DNA of 64,000 nt from Acidobacteriota bacterium (GTDB lineage Bacteria; Acidobacteriota; UBA6911; RPQK01; JAJDTT01). Shown piece by piece: positions 53,385-63,064 of this stretch. The notes under the pieces are model-generated. The model ran no database searches. It worked only from the letters and a program-made list of their open reading frames with translations, and was not told the origin of the DNA. How positions within the stretch are numbered: position 1 is the stretch's first letter; every line of letters begins with the position of its first letter. The DNA is taken from positions 2,848,001 to 2,912,000 of the forward strand of contig OZ253580.1 in the NCBI GenBank assembly GCA_965263035.1, in the 5' to 3' direction. A program made the translations under genes and the position numbers.

Positions 53385-53906
53385 CCTGGAGGTAGTCGTA
53401 AGTCCGGTTGGGCAAGACTGATATTAAGATCCACCGCCTCCGCGCTTGGCCCGTGTCGCTTGATTTTCCATTGACGGTACCAATGGGACATTACCCAAGC
53501 GAAATCGAAGACGCGCTGCATGACCTGCTCTCCCAACCAGCCTACTTCCATCGTGTAACTCGTTTTCAAGGTCCTCGCGCTCGCACCACTGGAGAAACCA
53601 CCGGACGACCCAGGCATAGGGCTGCCGGGTCTCGGCGTTGGATTATCCGGGCAGAGAACAACTCGTCGGCCGCAACGCAGGCGGTGGCGCCAGCCCGTTC
53701 CAGGACCGGCGGGGGAACCTCCGCAGGCAGGTCCCCGCGGGCGGCCTGTGAGCGGGTCCGGGAACTGGTGAGTTAGCACGATGACCAGGTGGTCCTGAAA
53801 TCCCTCCGGTGACTGAACATGCCGGTCCGTTCCAGCCGGCATATTCGTGGAGGACGGGAGAACTCCTCCCGAGACAATACGGAACAGTGTGAAAACGAGG
53901 AGTCTA

Positions 53907-54569
53907 ATGAATCACGCAGTAGTAACACTCGACGAAACCGGTTCTATGAGGGGGCAAGAGGAACGTGTCGTCAGTGCACTCAACCAGTACGTCAATGCCT
54001 TGCCGAAGGGCACGAACCTCACCGTGTTCAAGTTCGACAGCAAGCGGTGGGTCACGCAGTTCGCCGGGTTCGCCAAGGGCTGGAAGCCGTTGACCCTCAA
54101 GGACTATCGGCCCGGAGCCTCGACTCCGCTGTATGACGCGATTGCCTGGACCATCCATCATGCCGAGTCACTCGCGTCTGATGGGGACAAGGTGATGGTG
54201 ATGATCGATACCGATGGGCGGGAGAATTCCAGCCGCGAGTTCGATCATGCGGCCTGCCAGCGGATGATCTGCGATAAAAAGAAGGCCGGGTGGGAGTTCG
54301 TGTTCATGGCAAGCGGCATCACCGATCGTGCCGCCGCGTCTGTCGGGGCGACCGGGCAGTCTCTCGGAATGACGGTGAACACCGCAGCCTACCGAGCGAG
54401 ACGCAGGAACTACGCGACCGCATCCAAGCAGACGCTCTCCTACTTCTCCAGAAACACCCCGACTTCAACTTCGCAGGCCGCCAGGAATGTTGTCGACCAG
54501 AAGTCAGCTCACAGACGATCCGACAGAGACGCTGAGGTGATCCCTTCGGGCCAAAGATCGATGTTCTGA
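53907..54569 (+). CDS. stand-alone VWA domain protein
   Basis: MIDAS motif LDETGSM, TPLYDAI, DTDGRENSS, GWEFVFM; GAGGAG RBS. Confidence 0.85.
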   Translation: MNHAVVTLDETGSMRGQEERVVSALNQYVNALPKGTNLTVFKFDSKRWVTQFAGFAKGWKPLTLKDYRPGASTPLYDAIAWTIHHAESLASDGDKVMVMIDTDGRENSSREFDHAACQRMICDKKKAGWEFVFMASGITDRAAASVGATGQSLGMTVNTAAYRARRRNYATASKQTLSYFSRNTPTSTSQAARNVVDQKSAHRRSDRDAEVIPSGQRSMF

Positions 54570-54577
54570 GTCCGGGG

Positions 54578-54787
54578 ATGCCGGTCACATACAAGATCTC
54601 GAAATCCAGAACCAAGAATCTTGCGGAGAGCCTTTTGCGGATGGTCAAGACACTTGGTCCCGACAACAACCCTGGAAAGGACGTTGGCCGGGGTGTGTGC
54701 GACTACCACGTTGGAGTCTACTATCCCAACGAAAAAGAGGTCGTTGGGGGCTTCAAGGCGAGTTCCAATTACTGGATCACGTGGTGA
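54578..54787 (+). CDS. small hypothetical protein
   Basis: 69 aa, starts 8 nt after the VWA gene, GTGA overlap with next ORF. Confidence 0.45.
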   Translation: MPVTYKISKSRTKNLAESLLRMVKTLGPDNNPGKDVGRGVCDYHVGVYYPNEKEVVGGFKASSNYWITW

Positions 54788-55035
54788 GTCCCGACAAAGA
54801 GGAAGACGTCAGCACTGGGAGCGACGGGCTGCTGAAGCCGTGCAGAGAGTGTGAGAACCCAGTCTCGATTACAGCGGGGTTCTGTCCCAAGTGCGGAGCG
54901 AAGAAACCGGCGCTGTCAGCGGCTGGACCCCTGCTGGAGAGCCTCGGTCAAGGCTTGATGGGAGTAGGCTGCCTGTTGACCCTCCTGATAACAATCCCCG
55001 TCCTCTTTTTCCTACTCGTCCTGGGAGCCTGCTGA
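54784..55035 (+). CDS. zinc-ribbon membrane protein
   Basis: CRECENPVS..AGFCPKCG followed by a hydrophobic helix. Confidence 0.7.
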   Translation: MSPDKEEDVSTGSDGLLKPCRECENPVSITAGFCPKCGAKKPALSAAGPLLESLGQGLMGVGCLLTLLITIPVLFFLLVLGAC

Positions 55036-55386
55036 TACTGCTCCTGCCGTCCCGGCAATCTGAGAGGGGACGGGTAGAAAGGCCGTCGGGAGGTCCGTTT
55101 CGGCCGACGGTGTCGGGGTTTTTGGGACGAGATCCAGATCCATCATTAAAAAACACAATCATATACTTTATCGTATTGTATACTACGCTCCTGACTCTCT
55201 ATTGTCTGCGACGGAACCGGCCCTGGTCGAGCAAGCGGACCGGGCTTGGTAACAGACCTGTCGGGGTCACCTTGAGAGCAACTTGAAGATTGCTGATAAT
55301 ACCTACCCGCACACGATGGGCGCGGGTTGAGGTATCCTCAATCACCTCCAGTAATACCATCTCTGGAAAGAAACGCGGGGATCACC

Positions 55387-56760
55387 ATGTCCCATATCGA
55401 CATCGAAGGGACAGCCTACGTCTACGAAGAAACAAGGATGCGGAGCTTCGAGACGCTCGCCGACCGCGTCCGAGAAATGCGATCCGACGGGAAGCTCTCT
55501 CGTGATGTCCTCTACCGAATTCGCAAGCACTTTCGCATCAAGAACATTTACCATTCCAACGCCATCGAGGGTAACGTACTTGCGGTTGGTGAGACCCGTG
55601 AGGTGATCGAGCATGGTCTGACGATTACTGGGAAGCCCCTCAAGGACCAAGCCGAAGCGCGCAACCTATCGCATGCTTTGGATTTTCTTGAGGATCTGGC
55701 GGGCAACACACACACGCCAATCACCGAGAGTGATGTCCGCCAACTCCATGCCTTCGTCCTCGACGGAATCAGTGATGAAGCCGGTGCCTATCGGACCGTC
55801 CCCGTCGCCATCAGCGGTTCGGACTACTCGCCGACGGGGCCGGAGTCGGTTCCCGTGCAGATGGCGGAGTTTGGCCGTTGGCTCTTGAACGCTAGCATTC
55901 CTACCGACGACGCCTTCGCCGGAGTCAGGGGACTCTTGACGGCGGCCGTGGCGCACACCTGGTTTGTCACGGTTCATCCGTTTGTAGACGGCAACGGCCG
56001 CGTAGCTCGGCTGCTCATGAACCTCATGCTCATGCGCCACGGCTACCCGATCGCAATCGTCACGAAGGAAGACCGCCACCGGTACTATGATGCCTTGGAG
56101 TTCTCCCAAGCGTCCGATCTCACTCCGTTCGTCATCCTCGTCGCGGAGTGCATTGAGGAGAGCCTCGAAGAGTACGAGGCCGCAGCCAAGGAGCAGCGAG
56201 AGAATGCCGAATGGGCGGCTTCCCTCGCACAGAAGTTCACGCGGCCGGAGCGCATACGCGCGGAGAACGAATACGAAGTGTGGAAGAACGCTATGGAGTT
56301 GATGAAGAGCCATCTCCAGAAAACGGTCCATGTGTTCGACCAAGCTATCGACATCGGAAACGTCTACCTCAAGGATTTCGGCAGTCTAGAGTTCGAGAAA
56401 TACTCTGCCCTTCGGCGCGGAGAATCCGCGAAGCGTACATGGTTCCTCCGGGTCGACTTCCGCCGCGCCGATAGATCCGCACGCTACCTCTTCTTCTTCG
56501 GCCATGCGAGCTACGCTATGCGACGCCGATGCGATCGCGTCACGCTCCACGTCGCCCGCGAGGAGCCGCCCAACTCCTTCCACTACGAACGGCTTGAGAA
56601 CATTCAAGCCCTGAACGTCCCTAATCTCGCCGAGGTCGGCTATGAGATGTCTAAAGAGCGCTTTGTCACCAAACAGCGGAACGGCCGCCCCAGCAAGAGC
56701 CGTGTGGAGGATTTCACGAAACATTTCTTCAACGATGTCGTGGCGAAACACTTCGGGTAA
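55387..56760 (+). CDS. Fic family protein with extra C-terminal domain
   Basis: HPFVDGNGRVARL catalytic motif; SNAIEGN inhibitory-type motif. Confidence 0.9.
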   Translation: MSHIDIEGTAYVYEETRMRSFETLADRVREMRSDGKLSRDVLYRIRKHFRIKNIYHSNAIEGNVLAVGETREVIEHGLTITGKPLKDQAEARNLSHALDFLEDLAGNTHTPITESDVRQLHAFVLDGISDEAGAYRTVPVAISGSDYSPTGPESVPVQMAEFGRWLLNASIPTDDAFAGVRGLLTAAVAHTWFVTVHPFVDGNGRVARLLMNLMLMRHGYPIAIVTKEDRHRYYDALEFSQASDLTPFVILVAECIEESLEEYEAAAKEQRENAEWAASLAQKFTRPERIRAENEYEVWKNAMELMKSHLQKTVHVFDQAIDIGNVYLKDFGSLEFEKYSALRRGESAKRTWFLRVDFRRADRSARYLFFFGHASYAMRRRCDRVTLHVAREEPPNSFHYERLENIQALNVPNLAEVGYEMSKERFVTKQRNGRPSKSRVEDFTKHFFNDVVAKHFG

Positions 56761-56854
56761 CCGATTGTCCGGACGCCGCGCGGCGTCCCAGCGGGGCGGG
56801 CGGCGGCCCGTTCGAGCTGGCGTGACTGGGTCGGTCGAGGGCTGCGGACTCCTA

Positions 56855-58073
56855 GTACCTACTAACACTTAAAGTTTCTGGTACAGGCTCTTCAGCTTGA
56901 TCCGTGCATCCTCCGTCTTGAATTGCCAGTTGATCTCGGTTTTCCGTTGATTCCGATCGCCGACCCAAGCCTCGATCTCGCGTTGCATCTGGGCCAAGCT
57001 TGGAATGCGGCGGTCGAGGCATTGTCCGCACAGCGTGCTCAGTTCGATTTCCGCAATGTTGAGCCAGCTCCCGTGCTTCGGCGTGTAATGGATTTCGAGT
57101 CGTTCCGCCAGTTGGCGAGCGTGTCGGGGCTCGTAGGTCGCGTACAGCGATTCGATTCCGTGCGTGTTCAGGTTGTCCATGACCAGGACCACCCGCTCGG
57201 CCTCCGGATATCGCCGCTCCAGCATGCCCTCAATCCAGCGGGCCCAATCCTGGCGCGTACGCCGCTCGCCCGCCTCCACATGGCTGCGGCCGGTCAGCGG
57301 CTCCACCTCCAGGAAGATCTGCGCGACCCCGTTGCGCACGTACTCGTGCTCGATCCGCTCCGGCTGGCCCGGCTCCACGGGCAGCGGCTCCCGCACTTCG
57401 CCGATCAACTGCTTGTGGGTCTCATCCATGCAGACCACCGGCCGACGGGGATGGTAGGCACGGGCATAGACTTCCAAAACGTCCTCCATGCAGGCTACGA
57501 ATGCGGCGCTGCCCCGCGGCGGGATCCGCCAATACTTCTTCCGATGAGGCTGTAGTTGGTTTTTTTTAGCGTCCGCTGCACCGTCATCACCGACACCCGT
57601 TCGACCCAGCCCAGTTCCACTGCTTTCTCCGCCAGCAGGCGCAGGGTCCAGCGCTTCCGCCCCGGCGGGGCCTGGGAACAGGCCAAGGCGACCAAGCGAG
57701 CCTCGAACACGCCGTCGAAGATGACTTCCCGCGGCGGCCGCACCCGCCGCTTGCGCTCCAAGGCGAACTCCAGACCCTGCTCCACAAACCGCCGTTTCAA
57801 GCGCTCGACCGTGCGGACTGAGACGCCCAGCGCCTCGGCCACCCGGGCCACGGTCCATCCCGGCCCCTCCGACCCGCGGTCGCACAACAATAGAGCCCGT
57901 GCGTACAGGAACCGCTTGCCGGTGGTCTTGGTCGCGGCCCGGGTCAATGCCTTCAATTCCGAGCGCTCTTCCACAGTGAGCGTGACACGATAGCGTGGTG
58001 CCATGAGAACCCCTCCTTCCGAGTTCTCCAGCCTCCTACTATAGTATACGACCAATTACATGTTATGGGGTAC
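56855..58073 (-). mobile_element. IS630 family insertion sequence, about 1219 bp
   Basis: inverted ends (TA)GTACCTACTAACA and (TA)GTACCCCATAACA, duplicated TA at 56853-56854 and 58074-58075, both in CTAG context. Confidence 0.9.
56869..58004 (-). CDS. IS630 transposase, two ORFs joined by a probable -1 frameshift at an A8 run (57560-57567)
   Basis: orfA HTH with GRKRWTLRLLA; orfB VCMDET, VMDNLNTH, YTPKHGSWLNIAE. Confidence 0.9.
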
Positions 58074-58984
58074 TAGGCCCGCTCCCCACGGTTCGGCAAG
58101 ACCGCGAGGGCGGAATAGATAGCCAGCCGGTACGCCCCGTCTTCGCGACCGGCGATGCGGATGCCGCCGACGCTGAATCCGCCCCCGTTCTTGGTCACCT
58201 CCACGTCGGCAACCATGTTGAGGCTGACGCGTGCACGCACGAAGAACCTCGAGCCGTCCGGATCGTTCAGCCGCTCCATCGGGATGATGCCCCAATAGGG
58301 AACGTCGGGCACGGAACCTTCTTCGTTGACCGCCTGGAGTATGAAGGCCCAGATCGTGGGATCGTACTCCTCCTGCTGCAACACGGCCTCTTCCTCGCGG
58401 GTTATTTTTTTTAGATCTTCCGGCGTTCCCGCCGCCGGAATGAGCTTGATGCGCCGCTTCACGGGATTGCCGTGCCGGTCGCCGTCCGGATAGTTGGACC
58501 AGAGGGCCCGCCCCAACGTCGACATCAATTCCTCGTACAGCGTCAGCGTGGTCGATGTCCACACCTCGGAGGTCTCCGCGTACCCGCTCGGAATCACGTG
58601 GCCTGCCTTGGTGGCCTTACCGCCGCCCGCTCCATAGCGAACCTGAGACGGGTCGCATTCGCCGTCCATGATCTCAATCACGAAGTCGAGATCAGCGCCC
58701 CATAATTCTCTCAGCATGCGTTCGAGCGGCGGAAAGTCGCCGAGCAACGCGCTCAGGCGGTGTCCGAATCTGAGTTCCATATTAGGGCCCTGAAGTAGTG
58801 TGTGGAGGATCTTGACGGCGAGCTCAAAGCTCTCGCCCACGAGCCGTGCCGCAAGCGGCGGATGGTCGGTGCGCTCGGCCGATACGCGGGTCGCCCAACT
58901 CATGCAGTAGTACTCATAAAACGTGGTCCGTGCCCAGATCCACGGACGGAACTTCAAAATCGGTCTTGCGGTGCAGCGTGTCAT
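58073..58984 (-). CDS. hypothetical protein with HEPN-like N-terminal region
   Basis: ESFELAVK..FGHRLSALL..QVRY resembles the E..K/H.L..L/RY HEPN pattern. Confidence 0.55.
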   Translation of the reverse strand: MTRCTARPILKFRPWIWARTTFYEYYCMSWATRVSAERTDHPPLAARLVGESFELAVKILHTLLQGPNMELRFGHRLSALLGDFPPLERMLRELWGADLDFVIEIMDGECDPSQVRYGAGGGKATKAGHVIPSGYAETSEVWTSTTLTLYEELMSTLGRALWSNYPDGDRHGNPVKRRIKLIPAAGTPEDLKKITREEEAVLQQEEYDPTIWAFILQAVNEEGSVPDVPYWGIIPMERLNDPDGSRFFVRARVSLNMVADVEVTKNGGGFSVGGIRIAGREDGAYRLAIYSALAVLPNRGERA

Positions 58985-59412
58985 GTTTCTAATCTCTCTG
59001 GTTGTGCCGCCGGAATGCGGAAACGTGCATGAAATGGCGAACTAGACCACCGGCTCATCTCCGAGCGTACCCACGATGGCATCGCCACAGTCAGGAAACG
59101 CGGATGAACACCATGCTTGCGATGCCCCCTTCTCGATTCCGCGGTCAAGTTTGGCACAGGCCGCCACGTTCCGGACTCCCCAAGTTTTCAGACCATAAAA
59201 AAGGGAATTATATCCCAAAGTCACAATTCGGCAGGGTAATCGGACGCGAACGGTTGTTAGTGTCTAAATTGAATTCGCCCCCTGAAAGTTTTCAGCTTTC
59301 AACTGTGTGGGGATGGCACGATAGAAGAACCAGAGGCCCAGCCCAAATGGGACACAGATTGGAAGTGTGCGGGGTGTACGAAGTCGAGTAATCCCTTTCC
59401 CCTAGGAAATGA

Positions 59413-59805
59413 CTAACCGACGGGGATGCGATCCGGCAGCTTGACTTTTGTGGATTGGCGGGCTAATGCCTTCTGGCAATCCTTTCTGGCGACTTTATCT
59501 TCTGGCCATCCAATGACGTGGGAATGGTCAGGCGGGTCATCGTCGTCCTCCACAGTAAGTCCAGTCTCATGAACTGCACTAACAGTCAACCTACCCCATC
59601 CATACAGAAATTCCGTATTTCGACGTCTTCTGACAACCGTGATACCGGCCTCCAAGATCTCGGGATCAGTTTTATTCCCAATTCCGGAGACAGAGAGCCT
59701 GAGACGTTTGTCCGGTGCGAATAGACTTGGACGCGGACGGATCCCAGTAGATGGTAAGTGATTGCTCTGCGTTGCGAACCGGGCGATTTCGGAATGCGGA
59801 CTCAT
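59413..59805 (-). CDS. hypothetical protein, candidate ART/RES-like toxin
   Basis: IARF..F.P..LSVS..PDHSHVIGWP; TGATG overlap with upstream gene. Confidence 0.6.
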   Translation of the reverse strand: MSPHSEIARFATQSNHLPSTGIRPRPSLFAPDKRLRLSVSGIGNKTDPEILEAGITVVRRRRNTEFLYGWGRLTVSAVHETGLTVEDDDDPPDHSHVIGWPEDKVARKDCQKALARQSTKVKLPDRIPVG

Positions 59806-60425
59806 CAGGACGATTCCACGACAGGGGCGTCCAACATCTTTCTAATCGCATCCGAAGCGGAATCGGGGATTGTGCCCTCCCACAGTTCTCTGTTTGTATC
59901 CCTGTCATCTGAAATCCAATACGAAACTCCGATCTCACCAGAGGTTAGAATAATGATGGTCAGCATCACATCATCGTGAGGAACCCACTCGAACTCGATG
60001 TCTCCAAATGGACTTGCCTCAAGGAAGAGATCCTCAGAAATGGCTTTGTCAGAAAGTTGGTCCAAAAAGGACCGTGCGATCTCTAGCGTTTCGGAAGAGA
60101 CTGGGTCTGCATCTTCACCGTCCCAGTTTCTTTCACGGCAATCGTGTTCTAACCGTTCAATCTCCAAAAGCAGCTCTCCTCGCCGATCTGGCGGCTCCGA
60201 TGGCAGAATCGGGAGGAGCCTTTGATCCTCCGTGAAGCCCTGTCGCACATTTTCATTGCCCGAAGGGGACGCCACTTCCCCTCCAGTGGTGCAGATTGGC
60301 TCCGCACTTGAAATCTGGAGCACAAAAACACAAGTGACTGCGGTAGCTTTCAGTAACAGTATGGGAGCGCTTTGTTTGGACCCGGTAGAGGGGTCATTGG
60401 AGTAATTTGCCTCTGGATTAGTCAT
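59805..60425 (-). CDS. acidic hypothetical protein, candidate antitoxin
   Basis: NWDGEDADPVS..A..FL..SPFGDIEFEW; ATGA overlap with upstream gene. Confidence 0.65.
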   Translation of the reverse strand: MTNPEANYSNDPSTGSKQSAPILLLKATAVTCVFVLQISSAEPICTTGGEVASPSGNENVRQGFTEDQRLLPILPSEPPDRRGELLLEIERLEHDCRERNWDGEDADPVSSETLEIARSFLDQLSDKAISEDLFLEASPFGDIEFEWVPHDDVMLTIIILTSGEIGVSYWISDDRDTNRELWEGTIPDSASDAIRKMLDAPVVESS

Positions 60426-60790
60426 TGTACCTTGTCCCCGAGTGTTCCCACGTTGGTTGCGTGGACATCTTCGACATTCTGAATCTTAACTTGTAGCCAC
60501 GAGATGAGAGCTTTCGCCACGCCTACGCTGAGGACAACCTGAACCTCAGCTTCTCGGACAATACCCTTCCTCACGGTCCTCGATAGCTCGCCCCCAAGTC
60601 TACCATCCGGCGTGATCTCATGGACTAGCCGAGTCGGTATAGGAGAACGCTCAGAGTAGAACGTCATTCCAATGTTGCCGGCTGGGGTTGTCCCTCCCCA
60701 TGCTCCATCCGCGTGAATCACTCGGAACCAGTTGGACTTGATGAAATGCAGGTCCACTTTGTCTCGTCTGACTGGTGTCTTTCGGGCCAT
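60422..60790 (-). CDS. hypothetical protein, DUF3467-like
   Basis: FRVIHADGAWGG.TP.G.I.M.FYSER..VREAEV.V.LS..AKAL..WL; GAGGAGG RBS. Confidence 0.65.
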   Translation of the reverse strand: MARKTPVRRDKVDLHFIKSNWFRVIHADGAWGGTTPAGNIGMTFYSERSPIPTRLVHEITPDGRLGGELSRTVRKGIVREAEVQVVLSVGVAKALISWLQVKIQNVEDVHATNVGTLGDKVQ

Positions 60791-60883
60791 ATGTTCCTCC
60801 TCATCTCACCAATTATTAACCCGCACCCATCGGGTCTGAGTACATGGTGTAGTTAATCCGCCGAATACGGAACCAGTCGCCAA

Positions 60884-61057
60884 TTAGTCGTCCTTGAACT
60901 TGAAAGGCCGAAAGAACGCCTTACGCGCCTGGTCCAGCGACAATCCCGGCATACCAACCTCTTCCCTCAACTCCTCGCGTGAAGGCTGATAATCACGCTT
61001 CGGGAGGCGCATGGTCACGGGTTTCTGGATGGAGTGCTTTTGCTTGGGTTTGGACAT
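60884..61057 (-). CDS. small hypothetical protein (YQPS..ELREE motif)
   Basis: 57 aa, upstream TATAAT and AGGGA RBS. Confidence 0.55.
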   Translation of the reverse strand: MSKPKQKHSIQKPVTMRLPKRDYQPSREELREEVGMPGLSLDQARKAFFRPFKFKDD

Positions 61058-61628
61058 TGGTCTGTGTCCCTTCACGCTTCTATTATACGTCGGGAAGGGT
61101 CTCTGCGAACAGTGGAGCGGACGTGCTGAACGGCCCAGCACCGTGCATTTCTTCGGTTCCACCTCCGCGCCGCCATTTGCGTCCCGCTACTCGCACCCCC
61201 ACTTTTCAGCGTGATGAGTTTTTTGGGTACTGGATTCTGTAACATCCCTTGACCCCGTTGTCAATCTGAGCCACAATCCCACCGCCATCATTCGCAGAGA
61301 ACCCTGTGTCGGGTCCTCCGCTGAATAGAACAGTCCATATATCCAGAGGCAGGGTAGCTCCCAGTCTCTATGGACGAACAGGCGGGCATTCCTACAGTTT
61401 CTCTGTGTGATGATGGCAGACCCGACTCCTTTAGCGGAGCCGGGATTGCTTGGGGACGTGTGCTGACGTTCGTCCTCTACAATTGGCGAGACCGCCGAGT
61501 GCGGTATCACTCGACGGCCTCTGAGCCAACTTGCCCTGTGCCAAGGGTAAGTCAGCCTGACGGCGATTCTGCGTCACCAGGCACAGTCCTACCACCTTGG
61601 CCCAGGGCCTCCAACTCAGGAGGTATCC

Positions 61629-62174
61629 ATGCCCATAGCTGGTAACAAGACTAAAACCATCATCACCAAAGTTGCCGGCGTCACCCAATCCAACCCAGAC
61701 GGCACCGAACGCCAGGACATCATCAAAGAACTGAAGATGGGAGAGAAAATCCTCTTGGTCCGTGACTACGAAAACGAGCACGATTTGTACGCGACTCAGG
61801 TTCAGACAGGGTCCGGGCAAGTCATCGGGTGGGTGCCTCGGCAAAGGACTCCCGAGGTAGGAGCATGGCTGGACCAAGGGCAGCTTGCCATTGCCGGAGT
61901 GGCCAGCCGGGGATCAGCTCCCGGGAAGAAGACCGTGGGGGTCAACATTGAAATCATGCTGGTCGGAGAGGCCGAGCGGCAAGTGGTAGAGACGGAGCTC
62001 AGGAATCATGAACGCTGGAAGAGACAGGAACTCAGGAGGCTGTCGGAACCGAAACCGGATCCGGTCCCTACATTTCAAGTGACGGAGGACAACGGGTTTC
62101 CGAAGAGCGTCATTCTTCTCTGTATCGGCCTCTTCCTTTTCATGGCGTGCGGCTTCGCTGTGTGTGGCGGGTGA
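61629..62174 (+). CDS. HIRAN domain protein with C-terminal TM helix
   Basis: TKVAGVT..RQ..I..L..G..L.RDYENEHD..A..V..IGWVPR; AGGAGG RBS. Confidence 0.8.
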   Translation: MPIAGNKTKTIITKVAGVTQSNPDGTERQDIIKELKMGEKILLVRDYENEHDLYATQVQTGSGQVIGWVPRQRTPEVGAWLDQGQLAIAGVASRGSAPGKKTVGVNIEIMLVGEAERQVVETELRNHERWKRQELRRLSEPKPDPVPTFQVTEDNGFPKSVILLCIGLFLFMACGFAVCGG

Positions 62175-62415
62175 ACTTGAATTAGGGCACTACCACACGG
62201 CACCGACCCTGTCCCATTTCCCCTCCTGCCGAGTATAATTCTGAGTGACGTGTCCTTCTTGATTCCGTGTCAGCACCCAAGGTGTATACTTTGCCCATAA
62301 GTGTTAGAGAGAGCCTCAAAAAGGTCTTGGTGGAGCGATGTGTGCAGCTTTCCGGGCATCCGAGCTCACCTGTATTCAAATTAACAAACCCCTAAATTGT
62401 AGGAGGGTGCTCATC

Positions 62416-62781
62416 ATGAAAAGTCGTGGACAGATCAGTGTTTTCAAATCCCATATACCTGGGGAAATCAAGGTCAAGTTAACTCGTCCGGTTTCTGAGT
62501 TGCGCCACATTCTCAGGAATGTAGGACAGGAGATGGGGGTCACGGAAACATTCACCTACAAACCACAGGCGACAATTGTCGTGCGTGTCCGCAAAGTAGG
62601 CACTCGGAAGTGGATCATGGGATTTGAGTGTTTCGATATGGGCTGGGTAAATTTTTTGGAGCTGGAGAGCGGCATCGAGTACGAAGTGCAGATCACGCGG
62701 AAGAATGAGGCTGGCGAGAGCGAGCCACGACTTGAACGGGTTCGGCTTGAAGACGGTGACAGTAGTGGTTTTGTCATGTGA
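62416..62781 (+). CDS. hypothetical protein with fibronectin type III-like C-terminal motif
   Basis: LESGIEYEVQITRKNEAGESEP; AGGAGG RBS. Confidence 0.6.
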   Translation: MKSRGQISVFKSHIPGEIKVKLTRPVSELRHILRNVGQEMGVTETFTYKPQATIVVRVRKVGTRKWIMGFECFDMGWVNFLELESGIEYEVQITRKNEAGESEPRLERVRLEDGDSSGFVM

Positions 62782-62836
62782 ACACCACCGGGAGTCTGGC
62801 GACTAGGGTACTACCTACACTCAGGAAGTCACGACG

Positions 62837-63064
62837 ATGAAGTCTCCATCTGGATGGGACCGGCAATTCCGATTCCTAGATTTGTTCCGGGATAAAGAAG
62901 GCCACCCGTCGTTGGGTAGGGTCATCGCAGCAATCCCGATGGCACTGCTCATCATAATGGTACTTGTGAGGATGATCGATCAATTTCAGGAACTCATGGT
63001 GGGCGCGGTGATTCTTTCAGTTCTCTCCATCATCGTCATCACTTTTCTACGTAGACACGAATAA
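62837..63064 (+). CDS. small membrane protein with two predicted TM helices
   Basis: two hydrophobic segments, AGGA RBS. Confidence 0.6.
   Translation: MKSPSGWDRQFRFLDLFRDKEGHPSLGRVIAAIPMALLIIMVLVRMIDQFQELMVGAVILSVLSIIVITFLRRHE

Noticed and set aside
53391-53403. Reverse-strand ACTACC-containing sequence after ORF 52515-53384
   Set aside because: Only the 6-bp core matches and the orientation is opposite to the cassette motif.
53408-53776. 122-aa ORF between the membrane protein and the VWA gene
   Set aside because: TTG start, no RBS, Arg/Ala-rich low-complexity tail; not supportable as a gene.
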